From Selaginella moellendorffii (lineage: Eukaryota > Plantae > Lycopodiophyta): DNA of 64,000 nt. Of this stretch, positions 1 to 11,729 are shown one piece after another. Location of the stretch: NCBI RefSeq assembly GCF_000143415.4, contig NW_003314326.1, forward strand, positions 1 to 64,000, given 5' to 3'. A program made the position numbers and the translations under genes. Numbering within the stretch: position 1 is the stretch's first letter; every line of letters begins with the position of its first letter. Below the pieces are notes generated by a model. That model had not been told where the DNA came from and made no database searches. It was given only the letters and a program-made list of their open reading frames with translations.

Positions 1-434
1 CGGGGAAACCGGTAGGCAGGTACAGGTGAGACACAAGGGCGCTTTCACGCGAAATCCCAGGAATCTTCATAGACTAGAAAAGGTGGTGCACTTCTGTTCA
101 TGGGCCCTGTCCCAGGATAATTGAACGACATGGTGAGTGTATTGAGACGTGTCCTGTTCGCTGCCACTGGTCTCGACCCGAGGGGTAGGGTGTCAAGAGA
201 GCGAGGCTCTCAGCTTCTGTTCGCGAGGGCATGAACTTGCAGGGAAGCGTGGTGGATTGTAAGCACCCAAAAGGAGCGACTCGAGAGACGATCCATGGTG
301 TTCAAATATAGAGGGAAAGGGCCCATGAACAAGAGTGCACCCCCTTTTTTAATTGGTTAAGGGTCTTGGGATATTTGGGGTTAAGCATCCTTGGGTTTGA
401 ATAGTACTGGGTTGGGTGACTTCCCGGAAAGTCC
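1..434 (+). mobile_element. Cassandra-like TRIM fragment: internal region plus LTR (from 258) with a 5S-rRNA-derived segment (~378-434)
   Basis: Purine-rich GGGAAGCGTGGTGGAT precedes TGTAAG at 258. GGTTAAGCATCCTTGGG...TAGTACTGGGTTGGGTGACTTCCCGGAAAGTCC resembles the 3' half of plant 5S rRNA. Homologous to 1601-2370. Confidence 0.75.
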
Positions 435-459
435 AAACTTAGGAGCTCTAATACCAAAT

Positions 460-1472
460 TGTAAGCCTCAAATTTTTCCTTTCCAATTTGCCAGCTTACC
501 TTGTCTATCCGACCAACACGGCCTTCGCTTTTGCTAAGTTCCCTCACCACGGTTGCCGTCTATTGTACAAGCTCTTACTTGGTCCTACTTGGTTTCAGCT
601 ACTCACGTCATGAGCAATAGAGCGTTAGCCATCTATCCACAGATTCCCAAATCCCTCCCAATCCCCCTCCCCGGGTTAAATTGGACTTAAGGTTCGGCTA
701 CACTCCCTGCAGGCACAAGCAGCCAAGCACACCAAGCCTCCAGGTTCCTAACATCCCTTGGTACAACAAGACTTGATTATGGGACCCTCTAAATCCCAAG
801 CCTTAGGTGCTACACTTGCTTCAGGACATTGGGGGGAAACACCATAGCCTAACCCCCTAGGAAGGGCGAGGACCAATGAGCCACAAGGTACTCAACTTGG
901 GCACCACTCCACATGAGTTGGGAGCACTACAGTCAGTTTCCCTTTCAGGAGTGGGAGTTGCTCTTGAGCACTTCCTTGGGTGGCCCCTCTAGCACCACCC
1001 AAGTCCATGCTCACTCCCACTCAAGGCCCCTCGACCCCAGTCTCAACCTCAAGTCAGTTTGGAAGCACCACTGGAGAGTTCCTTCAAGACTGGTTCCTGG
1101 ACCTCACTATCCCTACTATACTTTTGGAACCCCCTACAGCCCCCCCCCTCTGGGAGACGCATGTTTTGGGCTTTCACCCTTGACCCGTATTAGTACTCGG
1201 ACTCGGTCTCGGACTCGATCTCGGACTCGATCTTGGACTTGATCTCGGACTCGATCTCGAACCCAACTTTGGACTCAGTCTCTGACTCGATCTCGGACTT
1301 GATCTCAGACCCGATCTCAGACTCGACTTTGGACTTGGTCTCGGACCTGATCTCAAATCTCAGACTCGGTCTCGAACTCGGTCTCGAATTCAGTCTCGAA
1401 TTCGACCTCGAACTCGGCCTCCGAGTCGGCCTCGGACTCGATCCCAGACTTTATCTCGAACTCGGTCTCAGA
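460..1472 (-). repeat. Truncated LTR of chromovirus family 1, with a PBS-like site at ~444-457
   Basis: Reverse complement of the LTR at 22677-23824. On the minus strand it ends ...GGCTTACA followed by TTTGGTATTAGAGC. Confidence 0.85.
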
Positions 1473-1600
1473 GTAGGACCAAGTAAGAGCTGGTACAATG
1501 GATGGGAACCTTGTGAGGGAACTTAGCAAAAGCCAAGGTGGTGTTGGTCAAATAGAAGAGGTAAGCTAGCAAATTGGAAAGGAAAAATTTGAGCCTTACA
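1473..1600 (+). repeat. 3' end of a family-1 LTR, inverted relative to 460-590
   Basis: Matches the family-1 LTR end (...AAATTGGAAAGGAAAAATTTGAGCCTTACA) and is followed directly by PBS TGGTATCAGAG at 1603-1613. Confidence 0.85.
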
Positions 1601-2370
1601 TTTGGTATCAGAGGGGTCTCGGGTCCGACTCTGTTGGTTGGCTAGGGGAATCACACCATATGTTGATTGACATCTGGCTGGTCCAGTTTGCTTTCGCTGG
1701 GCTCGACCCGAGGGGTAGGGTGTCAGGAGAGCGGGGCTCTCAGGAGAGCTGCGGCTCTCAGCTTTTGTTCATGAGGGCGTGAACTTCCAGGGAAGCGTGG
1801 TGGATTATAAGGAACCAAAGAGAATGACTTGAGAGATGTTCCATGGAGTTCAAATATAAAGGGAAAGGACCCATGAACAAGAGTGCACCCCCTTTTCCAA
1901 TCGGTTAAGGGTCTTGGGATACTTAGAGTTAAGTGTCCTTGGGTTTAAATAGTACTGGGTGACCTCAAGAGTTTACATTTGGTATCAAAGAGGTTTCGGG
2001 TTCGACTCTATTGGTTGGCTAGGGGAATCACACCACATGTTGATTGACATTTGGTTGGTCCAGTTTGCTCCCGCTGGGCTCGACCCGAGGGGTAAGGTGT
2101 CAAGAGAGTGGGGCTCTTGGGAGAGCTGCAGCTCTCAGCTTCCATTCACGAGGGCATGGATTTATAGGGAAGCATGGTGGATTGTAAATAACCAAAGGGA
2201 ACAACTCAAGAGATGATCCAAGGAGTTCAAATATAGAGGGTAAGGGCCCATGAATAAGAGTGCACCCCTTTTTCCACTCGGTTAAAAGTCTTGGGATATT
2301 TGGGGTTAAGTGTCCTTGGGTTTGAATAGTACTGGGCTGGGTGACCTCCCGGGAAGTCTGGGTGCTCCAT
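1601..2370 (+). mobile_element. Tandem Cassandra-like TRIM units (PBS-internal-LTR x2) with 5S-derived LTR segments
   Basis: tRNA-iMet-type PBS at 1603 and 1980; ~205-bp non-coding internal regions; LTRs at 1806-1977 (internally deleted, ends TTTACA) and 2183-~2370. Segment 2303-2370 GGTTAAGTGTCCTTGGGTTTGAATAGTACTGGGCTGGGTGACCTCCCGGGAAGTC aligns with the plant 5S A-box/IE/C-box region. Confidence 0.8.
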
Positions 2371-2743
2371 CGCCGCAGTGCTCGGACGACGCACACGAGT
2401 GCGCGCATAGTGCAAACAAGCGCTGGTCCTCGTCTGAGCACGGGTCCTTGAAGCGCATGTTCTTCCAGTAGGCCGTGTGAGTGAGCTCGTCTTTGGCGAC
2501 AACAAAGTTGGGCCCATACTTCTTCGTCTTGTGCCTGGCACCGTCCGGGATGAGCTCCAGCAATTTTTTTGGAGGAAGCTCGATGTTAAGAGGGATCATG
2601 GTCGCATTTGCAACTGCAGTGGCTGCCTAGAATGAAGAATCATGGAGAATTTCTAGGTGCTCACAAGGACGAGGATCAATTACCTGGTTAAGATTGTTGT
2701 CCTAGATATATGAGACAATGAGCGCCTTCACATGCCATCAGAG

Positions 2744-3003
2744 AGTTCATCGGATGGGACCGAGTCCGAGATCGAGTCCAAGACCGACTCTGAGACCGAG
2801 TTTGAGATAAAGTCCAGGATCAAGTCCGAGGCCGACTCGGAGACCGAGTTCGAGGCCGAGTTTGACTCTATCTCGAACTCGGTCTCAGAGTCGGTTTTGG
2901 ACTCGATCTTGGACTCAGTCCCATCCGATGAACTATTTGTCATTTCGGTCATGCTTTCGGGGATCCTTTAGCTTACGACACCTTGGGGAGTTGGTTCCTT
3001 ACA
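2744..3003. repeat. Fold-back fragment of a family-1 LTR; 3' LTR start of a minus-strand element at 3003
   Basis: 2744-2815 and 2864-2934 are reverse complements. TTGGTTCCTTACA ending at 3003 is the reverse complement of the LTR start TGTAAGGAACCAA. Confidence 0.8.
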
Positions 3004-4180
3004 ATTCCACCACCCATAGAAGAAGTTTGATGCCCTCATTGAACGTCTCTTTTTATCCTATGACTTGTTGACCATGTCTCCGAGGCCATCCCTCCACTTA
3101 GTGGTGTGCCTAAGTTAGCCTCCCTAGCCAAGAGCCCATGACAATGGAATATAAGTGTCTCTATACCCCTCACCTCACCACGCCCTAGTATGGGGTTAGG
3201 ACTTGAACCCAGCCTTGCTTTACTAGGGGGTTGGGACTCAACCCAACCTCTGTAGAATACGTCTACGGATTCGATATCCCTATGGGGAGTCGGGTGTAGT
3301 TCTCTATGTCTGGTCGACCTAGCTAACCCATGCTAATTAGCTTACCTTCGGTGTGCCTTTGGGTCCCAACATATGCCATTGCTCAACTTCACAAATTGAT
3401 ACTTTAATTGAACTTTGCATAAGTACATAAAGTTCTGCTTTGCAGAAATTCCTCCACTAGATCTTGCGCGTTCGCTAGGTTCTCCTCCGGTTCCCATATT
3501 GCTTCGTAGTGTGGAAATCCTTTCCACTTCACATGGAACTCTCTCACCTCATGTCCTTGTCGCTTTCTCTTGTGCGCATTGAGGATGGCCTCGACTTCAT
3601 ATTCCTCCTCCCCTTGGATAACCTTAGGTAAAGGTTTTACTTGGTCCTTGCAAAGCAGATCCTCAAAGTACGACTTGAGTAAGTTCACATGGAACACTGG
3701 GTGCATCTTCCCCATCTCTCGAGGAAGTTGGAGTCGGTAAGCCACTTTACCGATTCATGCCTCAATCTCGTAAGGCCCCGCGAACTTGCTCAAGGAACTT
3801 AAAATCAATTCATTTCCAGGATTACATGCATTTTTACCTTTGGGTCAATTTTCAGCTGATCCCACTTGGTAGCCTGAGGTTCTTGGTGTTTAGCCACACC
3901 TTCTCCCCAGCTTGGAACTCTACATCCTGGCGCTTCTGGTTCACGTACTTGGTTTGCCTTTGTTGAGCCAGTTCCAAGGAATCCCTCACTAGATTCCAAA
4001 TGTTGAGTTTTTCTACCATGAATGCCTCCACTGCAGGTAACTCTCCATGATACTTAGCCATGCCGAGTTCCACAAGACTTTCAATATCTCGCCCATTGAT
4101 GACTTCCCATGGACTCACCCCGATACTCGAATGTGGTGAGTTGTTATAACACATTTCCACAAGTCCCAAATAACTTGTGT
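3004..4180 (-). pseudogene. Degenerate 3' part of the family-1 chromovirus (integrase C-terminus, chromodomain, 3' UTR, PPT)
   Basis: ORFs 3852..4187 and 3404..3745 closely match 41214..41642 and 41668..42072 (EEEYEVEAIL...FHVKWKGF...WEPEENL). The second integrase intron is retained at ~3787-3838. Confidence 0.9.
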
Positions 4181-6648
4181 CACTCATCCTCTCTTCGATA
4201 TCGTGCCACCTTTGGCACTAAGTTTCAGTTATCATAATTTGTGCTAAGGCTATGGCCCTATCATTTGGCTACTTTACCGCTCCCTACCTTGGAGCTTCCA
4301 CTTTTGCCGAATCGGAGCAATTGGGAATCCATCCTTGGAAACACATTGCCTTTCCCACAATTCGTTAGCACCCAACAAGGACGAACCTCACAAGGACTTC
4401 ATCCTTGTTTTAGCCATAAGATTATATATAGTGATCTAACCTTAGCACTTTAATAGGTTTGCCAATAGGTACTAAGTCCTTTAGACCTTTAAGTTGTTCA
4501 CCATGACCCCGGGGGCATCCCCCACACTTGGCGGTGCACCTAAGCCAACCCTTCCAACCAAGGGTCCATAGCAATTGAGACTGGGTGTCCCCATCTCATT
4601 CACCACGTCCTTGGTGTCCTTCGCACCAAGGTGTTCAACTTAGATATGCTGAGCCACACTAAGCAATCTAACCGTGCATCAGGACTCCGAGGCATCCCTT
4701 GCTTAGCGGTGTGCCCAAACCAGTTTCCTCACTGAGAGTCCATGACCACAAAAATGAGTGTCCTCATATTCCAAACCATCACCACGCCTTAGTGATTTGG
4801 GTCTCGAACCCAAGCACTAGAGGGTCGGGACTCGAACCCAACTTTTATATATGCATCTACAGACGGCATCATCTAAGATGCCTGGTGTGACTCCCCACAC
4901 CGGTGCACCAATTTATACTTAAAGCATGCTATAAATTACAACTTAGGAACCTAGTTCCTCCGGACTGCCAAGTCCTCTCACTTGACAAATCTATGATCAT
5001 GCATGGACTTCTCCATGCTCGGCCCTATGGGCCACCCTTTTTGAAGTTAGCACCTTCGACTAGGGGATTTGTTCCTCTGACTTGCCATTCTCACTTAGCA
5101 AGTCATCCGGCCACCGTAACATGGTTTATGTATAAGCGTGAAAGTCTTTAACCATCGACTTTCGTTCAAATCCCTCTTTTAGAACACTCGGGAATTACTT
5201 CCCCAACCTTGATAGCCTCGCCTCATGGCCAGCTTCAAGACGACACTTCTACTGCGCCACTTTGATTTCACGCACTCTAGAAACCATTTACACTTGGCTT
5301 TTTAGGTACTTATTTACCTAGAATTGTCTTTGGGAACCTTCAAGGAACTTTGTTCCTTAGCTTGCTAAAGTTTCTCCTTTGCAAACTCCCTACCCACCAT
5401 ATGGTCTAATATGGATAATTCCACATTTTAGACTCTCCATGGCATTACGGTCATTAATAATAACTCACTTGAGCACCCACTTGATGCTCCACTCCCAACT
5501 CGCATAACCACCCTTGGTTATGCCCTTCGATTTCTATGGTTCAGTTCCATCCATTTACTACTTTGCTTTCTGGCCTCATATGTTTCTTTCAATTATTCTC
5601 CTCCGGACTAGGAGGATAGTTTTGCACTTTTTACCATGCCTTAGCAAGTATTTTTGGCTTTGTCCATTTCAGATAGAGAGGTTTCCCTCATCTCTACAAC
5701 TTTGGACGTTTGGATAGCACCTTCTATCCATCATTCGCTAGGGATTTTGTCCTTTGGGCCTTATCTATTGCCCTCACAACACTAAACACCACCTCTTGGT
5801 GTTTTAGAGTGTTCTGGTGTCCCAATGATGGCCTCCTTGGCAATGAGCATTTCCTTTTATGACATTAACTTACTATATCGCAACATAAACAACTTATCCC
5901 TGATAAGGGTATATTTAACTTCTTTATGCCATTAAAAAGTCTTGAATAGCTACCTTCTACCCATTTAACCAATTACCTACACCTTTTGCTTAGTTGTCTC
6001 ATAGTTGTCAAGTCTTACAACTCATTGCTGGTGCTTCCACACCTTCATCATTATCCGGGTCACCACACTCTATCACATGCCTTCTAGCTTAGGCTTCTGC
6101 CACCCATGAGCTACCCATCGTTCTCATACTTGGATTTTATGATCCTCCCTATCCTTCGTGGGGCACAACACACCTAAATCCAAATGCTTCCATCAGTCCT
6201 TTAGGACCATTTCTTGACTCCATTTAAGTCATTTAGCCTTTTGGACTTTTCCTAATCCCCCGACCTATAAGGTCTTACTTTTGAGGTGCCAGTTCATTGG
6301 AATACAACTTCTTGTATTCATGTCCTACTCACCAAGACCACCATTATAAGTGTTATTCCAACATTATAATTTGTTCTCTGAGGGCAACCTTTGCCTTTTA
6401 GGACTACTTGTCCATGTGTGCGGATACCAACTCATCATCTAAGTACACCCCCAACTCCTTGGGTTGTTGCAGCATCTATTAAAGGTAGCTTCGGCTACCA
6501 TTCCAAGGACTTATGTCCTCTTCCATATTTGACCTCCCACGGTCATTAATCTTGGTCTCACATTCATGAGTACCAACCTCAACTATATGAAGATAGTTTT
6601 GTGACTCCTTTATTGCTTTGGAGTCTCTATATTTCCCGTGATCTCAAT

Positions 6649-7398
6649 TGTGAGACACAAAATCCCTAGGCCCCAAAGTGGAGCCGGAAGGGCGCCACGT
6701 GGTAGTGGCCGAAGCGAAAGCCAAACGAGCGTAACACGTTTGGACTAAAAGCTCCGACTTGAAAGGTCGAGAGCGGGAGTGGAACTCCCAACAAAGTGCT
6801 CGAGGAATGAGCACGAAGCGAGCCATAAGCGAGGCTCTAAAAAGGGACCCGAAAGGACCAACACATGACACATGGAAGTGTCCGAAATGGAGTCCGAGGT
6901 GGAGTCCGATATGGAGTCCGAGATGGACCCGAGATGGAGTCTGAGATGGACCCAAGGTGGAGTCCGTGATGGACCCGAGGTGGAGTCCGAGATGGAGTCC
7001 GAGATGGACCGAGATGGAGTCCGAGATGGACCCGAGATGGAGTCCGAGATGGACCCGAGGTGGAGTCCGAGATGGACCCGAGGTGGAGTCTGAGATGGAC
7101 CCGAGGTGGAGTCCGAGATGGACCCGAGGTGGAGTCCGAGATGGACCCGAGGTGGAGTCCGAGATGGACCCGAGGTGGAGTCCAAGATGGAGTCCAAGAT
7201 GGAGTCTGAGATGGACCGAGATGGAGTCCAAGATGGACCCGAGATGGAGTCCGAGATGGACCCGAGATGGAGTCCGAGATGGACCCGAGGTGGAGTCCGA
7301 GATGGACCCGAGGTGGAGTCCGAGATGGACCCGAGGTGGAGTCCGAGATGGACCCGAGGTGGAGTCCGAGATGGAGTCCAAGATGGAACCGAGATTGG

Positions 7399-7435
<37 letters not shown>

Positions 7436-8509
7436 TCCGAGTCCTAATCTGGGACCAAGACCAAGTCCGAGTCCGAGTCCGAGTCCGAATACTAATATAG
7501 GCAGTTGGGTGAAAGCCCAAAGTGATCGTCCCCCAGGGGGGGGGCTGCGGGGGGTTCCAAAAGTATAGTAGGGAGAGTGTGGGGGTTGGAGCCCAGTGGA
7601 GCCAGTTTGGCTAGGAAAGGCCAGTTTGGCCCAGGAAGGCCAGACCTAGTGTTGGGTGATGAGCTGACCACTGGGAAGTCCAAGACTAGAGTGAACACGG
7701 ACCGACAAGCGGGGTAGCTTGGTGAAGTGTTCAAGAGCCGGCTCTAGTTCCCCCGGGAGATCGACTGGCCGATGCTCCCAGTCCAAGTGTGGGTGGCACT
7801 ACCTACTTGGATACCAGGCGTGGCTCAACAGAACCTCGCTCTAAGCCCATGGCTAGAGCACCCAAGGGCGGAAGGCGGGGAGAGTACCCAGGTGGCTCGC
7901 GTAAGGCCACGGTGTTCTGAAATGTTGTCCCAAAGGCCTAGACTGTGGAAAGGAAGAGGAGCAGTCCTCTGGGGTAGTGACCAAGGACACAGTCGTGTGG
8001 TGAGGAAGTCCCAGAGGACCGTGGGACTTAGTGGTCGGGCCTGTGGGCCTCGATCCAGTGGTAGTGTTGGCAAACACGACCAAGGGCAGAAAGGGACTTA
8101 GTGGGGACTGACAGAGGGATATTGAGGAAGGCTATTCCCCTTGTCGGTGGGCATCCTAAGGATGCTAAAGAGTGGATCTGAGATGACCACTCACGGATGG
8201 TTTGCCTAGTCTTGGAGAGCCAAGACTGTGATGCAAGTGGTATTGGACTACCAGTGTGACAAAGGTGATTGGGCATGGCCTTAGCGTGACAAGCTGCCAT
8301 GTCGGTGGTACCTTTGAGTGTCGGTCATGGGATCGGACACGTGGAGCACTTGGACCAAGTGCAAATGTTGAGTGGCATGGATGCCATTTTCGGGGCTAGC
8401 AAGTCCCAAATCCTGAAATGGACTTATGGAGGTTGTGATTGAGACTCCTCCAAGTGGTCGGAGGTGTGGTTAAGTGACTAAAGTAAAATGGAAAATTTAG
8501 TCGCTTACA
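6649..8509 (+). mobile_element. Solo LTR of family 2, inserted antisense into a family-2 internal region
   Basis: TGTGAG...GCTTACA with TSD TCAAT at 6644-6648 and 8510-8514. The flanks rejoin to match the uninterrupted sequence at ~45650-45690. Confidence 0.93.
6885..7490. repeat. Minisatellite inside the family-2 LTR (GGAGTCCGAGAT/GGACCCGAGGT units, then GAGACC/GAGTCC hexamers); also at ~9840-10290
   Basis: Directly visible tandem units; they generate the low-complexity ORFs here. Confidence 0.95.
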
Positions 8510-11500
8510 TCAATTATAGTTGTTTACCACAACTATATTAACTAGTTTGCTAAGTCAAACGCTCATCTGGATCACATCTGCAACTCTCTGAGGATAACCT
8601 TATACTGTTCCCAAGATCCCAAAGTGGTTCCATTATTGGCATTTTTCTATCCACCACTTCGCCTACAAGTTCACACATGAACTGTAGTGTAGAGTCATGT
8701 CTTCCTGACCTACTCCTCCTCAAGGATAGGCCCACTCCTAGGACCTTTCGATGCCAGCTTTAGTGGTGATATACTTGAGCACCAATAAAAGTCGGACTAA
8801 GGAATAGCTCCAATACCAAGTTGTAGCGACTAAATTTTCCATTCTACTTTAGTCACTTAACTATACCTCTGACCATTTAGAGGAGTCTCACTCACAACTT
8901 CTGTATGTCCTATTTTGGACTTAGGGACTTGCTAGCCCCCAAAAATTGGCATCCATGCCACTCAACCATTGCACTTGGTCTAAGTGCTCCACATGTCCGA
9001 TCCCATGACCAACACCCCAAGGTACCATCGACATATCAACTTGTTACGCTAAGGCCATGCCCCTTTGCCTCGGTCACACCAATGGTCTAACACCAACTCC
9101 ATCACAGTCCCATCTCTCAAGGATTGGGCCATCTATCTAGGAGTGATCATCCCAGATCCACTCCTTAGCATCCTTAGGATGCCCACAGATATGGGGATTA
9201 ACCTTCCCCAATACCCCTTTTCCAGTCCCCACCAAGTCCCTTTCTGTCCACAGCCGTATCCAGCAACATTGCCACTGGATCAAGGCCCACAAGCCCGGCC
9301 ACTAAGTCCCACTGTCCTCTGGGACTTCGTCACTATGTGACTGTGTCCTTGGTTGCCATACCAAAGGGCTACTCCCCTTCCTTCCCACAGTCTGGGACTT
9401 TGGGGCAACATTTCGGAACACCATGGCCTTACACGAGTCTCGTGGGTACTCTCCCCGCCTTCCACCTTTGGGTGCTCTAGCCATGGGCTTAGAGCGAGGT
9501 TCCATTGAGCCACACTATGTATCCAAGTAGGTAGTGCCACCCACACTTGGACTGGGAGCATCGGCCAGTTGATCTCCCGGTGGAACTAAAGCCGGCTCTT
9601 GAACACTTCACCAAACTACCCCGCTTGTCGGTCCTTGTTCACTCTAGTCTTGGACATCACAGTGGGCAGCTCATCACCCAACAGCGGGTACAGCCTTCCT
9701 GGGCCAAACTGGCCTTTCCTAGCCAAACTAGCCTTTCCTGGCCAAACTAGCTCCATTGCAGTCCTCCCCCCTACTATACTTTTGGAGCTCACCAAACCCC
9801 CCAGGGTCTGAGAGATGAATGCTTTGGGCTTTCACCCTCTCAGACTTGGACTCAGACTTGGACTCGAACTCGGACTCGGACTCGGCCTTAGCCTTGGTCT
9901 CGGTCCCAATCTCGGTCTCAGTCTCGTTCTTGGTCCCGGTCTCGGTCCCGGTCTCGGTCTCGGTCTGTCTCGGTCCCGATCTTGGTCTTGACCTCGGACT
10001 CCATCTCGGGTCCTTCTCGGACTCCACTTCGAATTCCATCTCGGGTCCATCTCGGACTCCATTCTCGAATTCCGTTTCGGTCCATCTCGGACTCCATCTT
10101 GGGTCCATCTCGGACTCCATCTCGGGTCCATCTCAGACTCCATCTCGGACTCCATATCGGATCCATCTCGGACTCCGTCTCCGTCCATCTCGGACTCCAT
10201 CTTGGACTCCATCTTGGACTCCATCTCGGACTTCATCTCGGTCCATCTCGGTGTCCATCTCGGACTCCATCTCTGGTCCATCTCGGACACTTCCACGTGT
10301 CATGTGTTGGATCTTTTGGGTCCATTTTTAGAGCTTTGCTTATTGCTCGCTTCGTGCTCATTCCTCGAGCACTTTGTTTGGAGTTCCATCTGGCTTTCGC
10401 TTTGGCCACTACCACGTGGCGCCCTTCCAGCTCCACTTTGGGGCCTAGGGATTTTGTGTCTCACAGCTTTGGCTCATGGCTCTACTTTTGCTACCTACAA
10501 CATCACACTCCCTGCTTGCCACCACAAAGCACATTGGGACAGGTCCTGGTGAAAACCGGGAGACTTGGATCTTTGCGTGCGGTGGTGGTGGGCTGGCTGG
10601 CAGTTAATCCTCCTGATGTGGGATGGTGTGTGCCTTTGGTAGAGGGTTGCACACCTATTTGCTATGGTGCAACACATGTGCTTGTGACAGGTCCTGGCCA
10701 ATGCTTCGGCAGAACTGGGAGACTCAGACGACCAACATGTGTGGTGCGCCACAGCTCGGGCTAGCCTCTCGCTTTTGTGTGTGTTTTGGGGCAGTGGGGT
10801 GTTCGCACCCTCTCCCAAGCACACCCCCTTGCTGTGCTGTAACCATTGAGTCTGGATCGGGGCGGGCAAAATTCCCTCATGTTTGAACGTGGGTGAGCTC
10901 AGTTGCATGGGGGCTTAGTTGGTGCTTCACAGCCAGGGAAGTGACGCTCTAGACATCTACCCTTTTGTTAAAAATGCATGTGATGAGGGAGCAAGAAGTC
11001 ACATGCTCTGTGCTATTGAGCGACCTTTTTGGAATCTTGGGCAGGGGATGTATTTCTACCTGGTGAAAAAACACACACGCTGCAAGGGAATGATGGTACA
11101 TAAAGCACGTAAACCCACAATATGGGTTTATGTGCCATTAATATGGGCCACATGCCATATTATTAGATTTATGCACGTGTGATTGGTAAATGCATATGTC
11201 ACATCATCTTTGTTTTACCTCACACACTATATCAGGCCTAATGAACCATATCACATGTGCACACATGCTATATATATGGAGAAGTATTATGCAAGGATAG
11301 AAAAATTCAATGCATGATTGTGGAGAGCAATGGCATGAAGCCACATGCTAAATACATTTTAGAGAAAGAATTAAAATAAAAACATGCAAATAGTACTGAG
11401 TGGACCAAGACTTAGAAGTGCACAATTGAATGAGGTATTTCTAATAAATATTTCACTCACCTCATATAGGAATGGCTACCACTCTCAAATGGCGTATCGC

Positions 11501-11729
11501 CTCATGCCATCACCTCGCAATTTGTTATAACAATCCGATGAATTCATATTCGGCTTGTTCACCTTGAACTTTAAGTAAGATTTGCTAAAACAACTAAGAA
11601 TTTATACTTGTTATTTGTATTATCTCACCTAGGAATGGCGTAAGGCCACATGCCATCACGCCTCCTCTGATTCAGATTCGGATTGTTCACCTTGAAATAA
11701 AATACATTAGAAACTTAGTAAAGGAATAT

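Larger units (their letters stand above)
4184..10465 (-). mobile_element. Family-2 non-autonomous (LARD-like) LTR element: 5' LTR 10465-8822, PBS ~8806-8818, non-coding internal region
   Basis: LTR termini TGTGAG...GCTACA on the minus strand; PBS TGGTATTGGAGC; internal region is the reverse complement of 45373-48960; no long ORF. Confidence 0.85.

Noticed and set aside
2303-2370. Functional 5S rRNA gene
   Set aside because: Only the 3' part is present, it is embedded in an LTR, and there is no T-run terminator.
2371-2740. Minus-strand coding-like fragment (IPDGARHKTKKYGPNFVVAKDEL...)
   Set aside because: Possibly an exon remnant, but no family could be recognised.
6644-7568. Long ORFs such as (MESEMDPRWSPRWT)n and RD/RS-repeat ORFs, here and in other LTRs
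   Set aside because: By-products of stop-poor LTR minisatellites that are open in several frames.
10466-11070. Possible gene or left end of transposon copy A
   Set aside because: No TIR and no recognisable motif; could not be classified.
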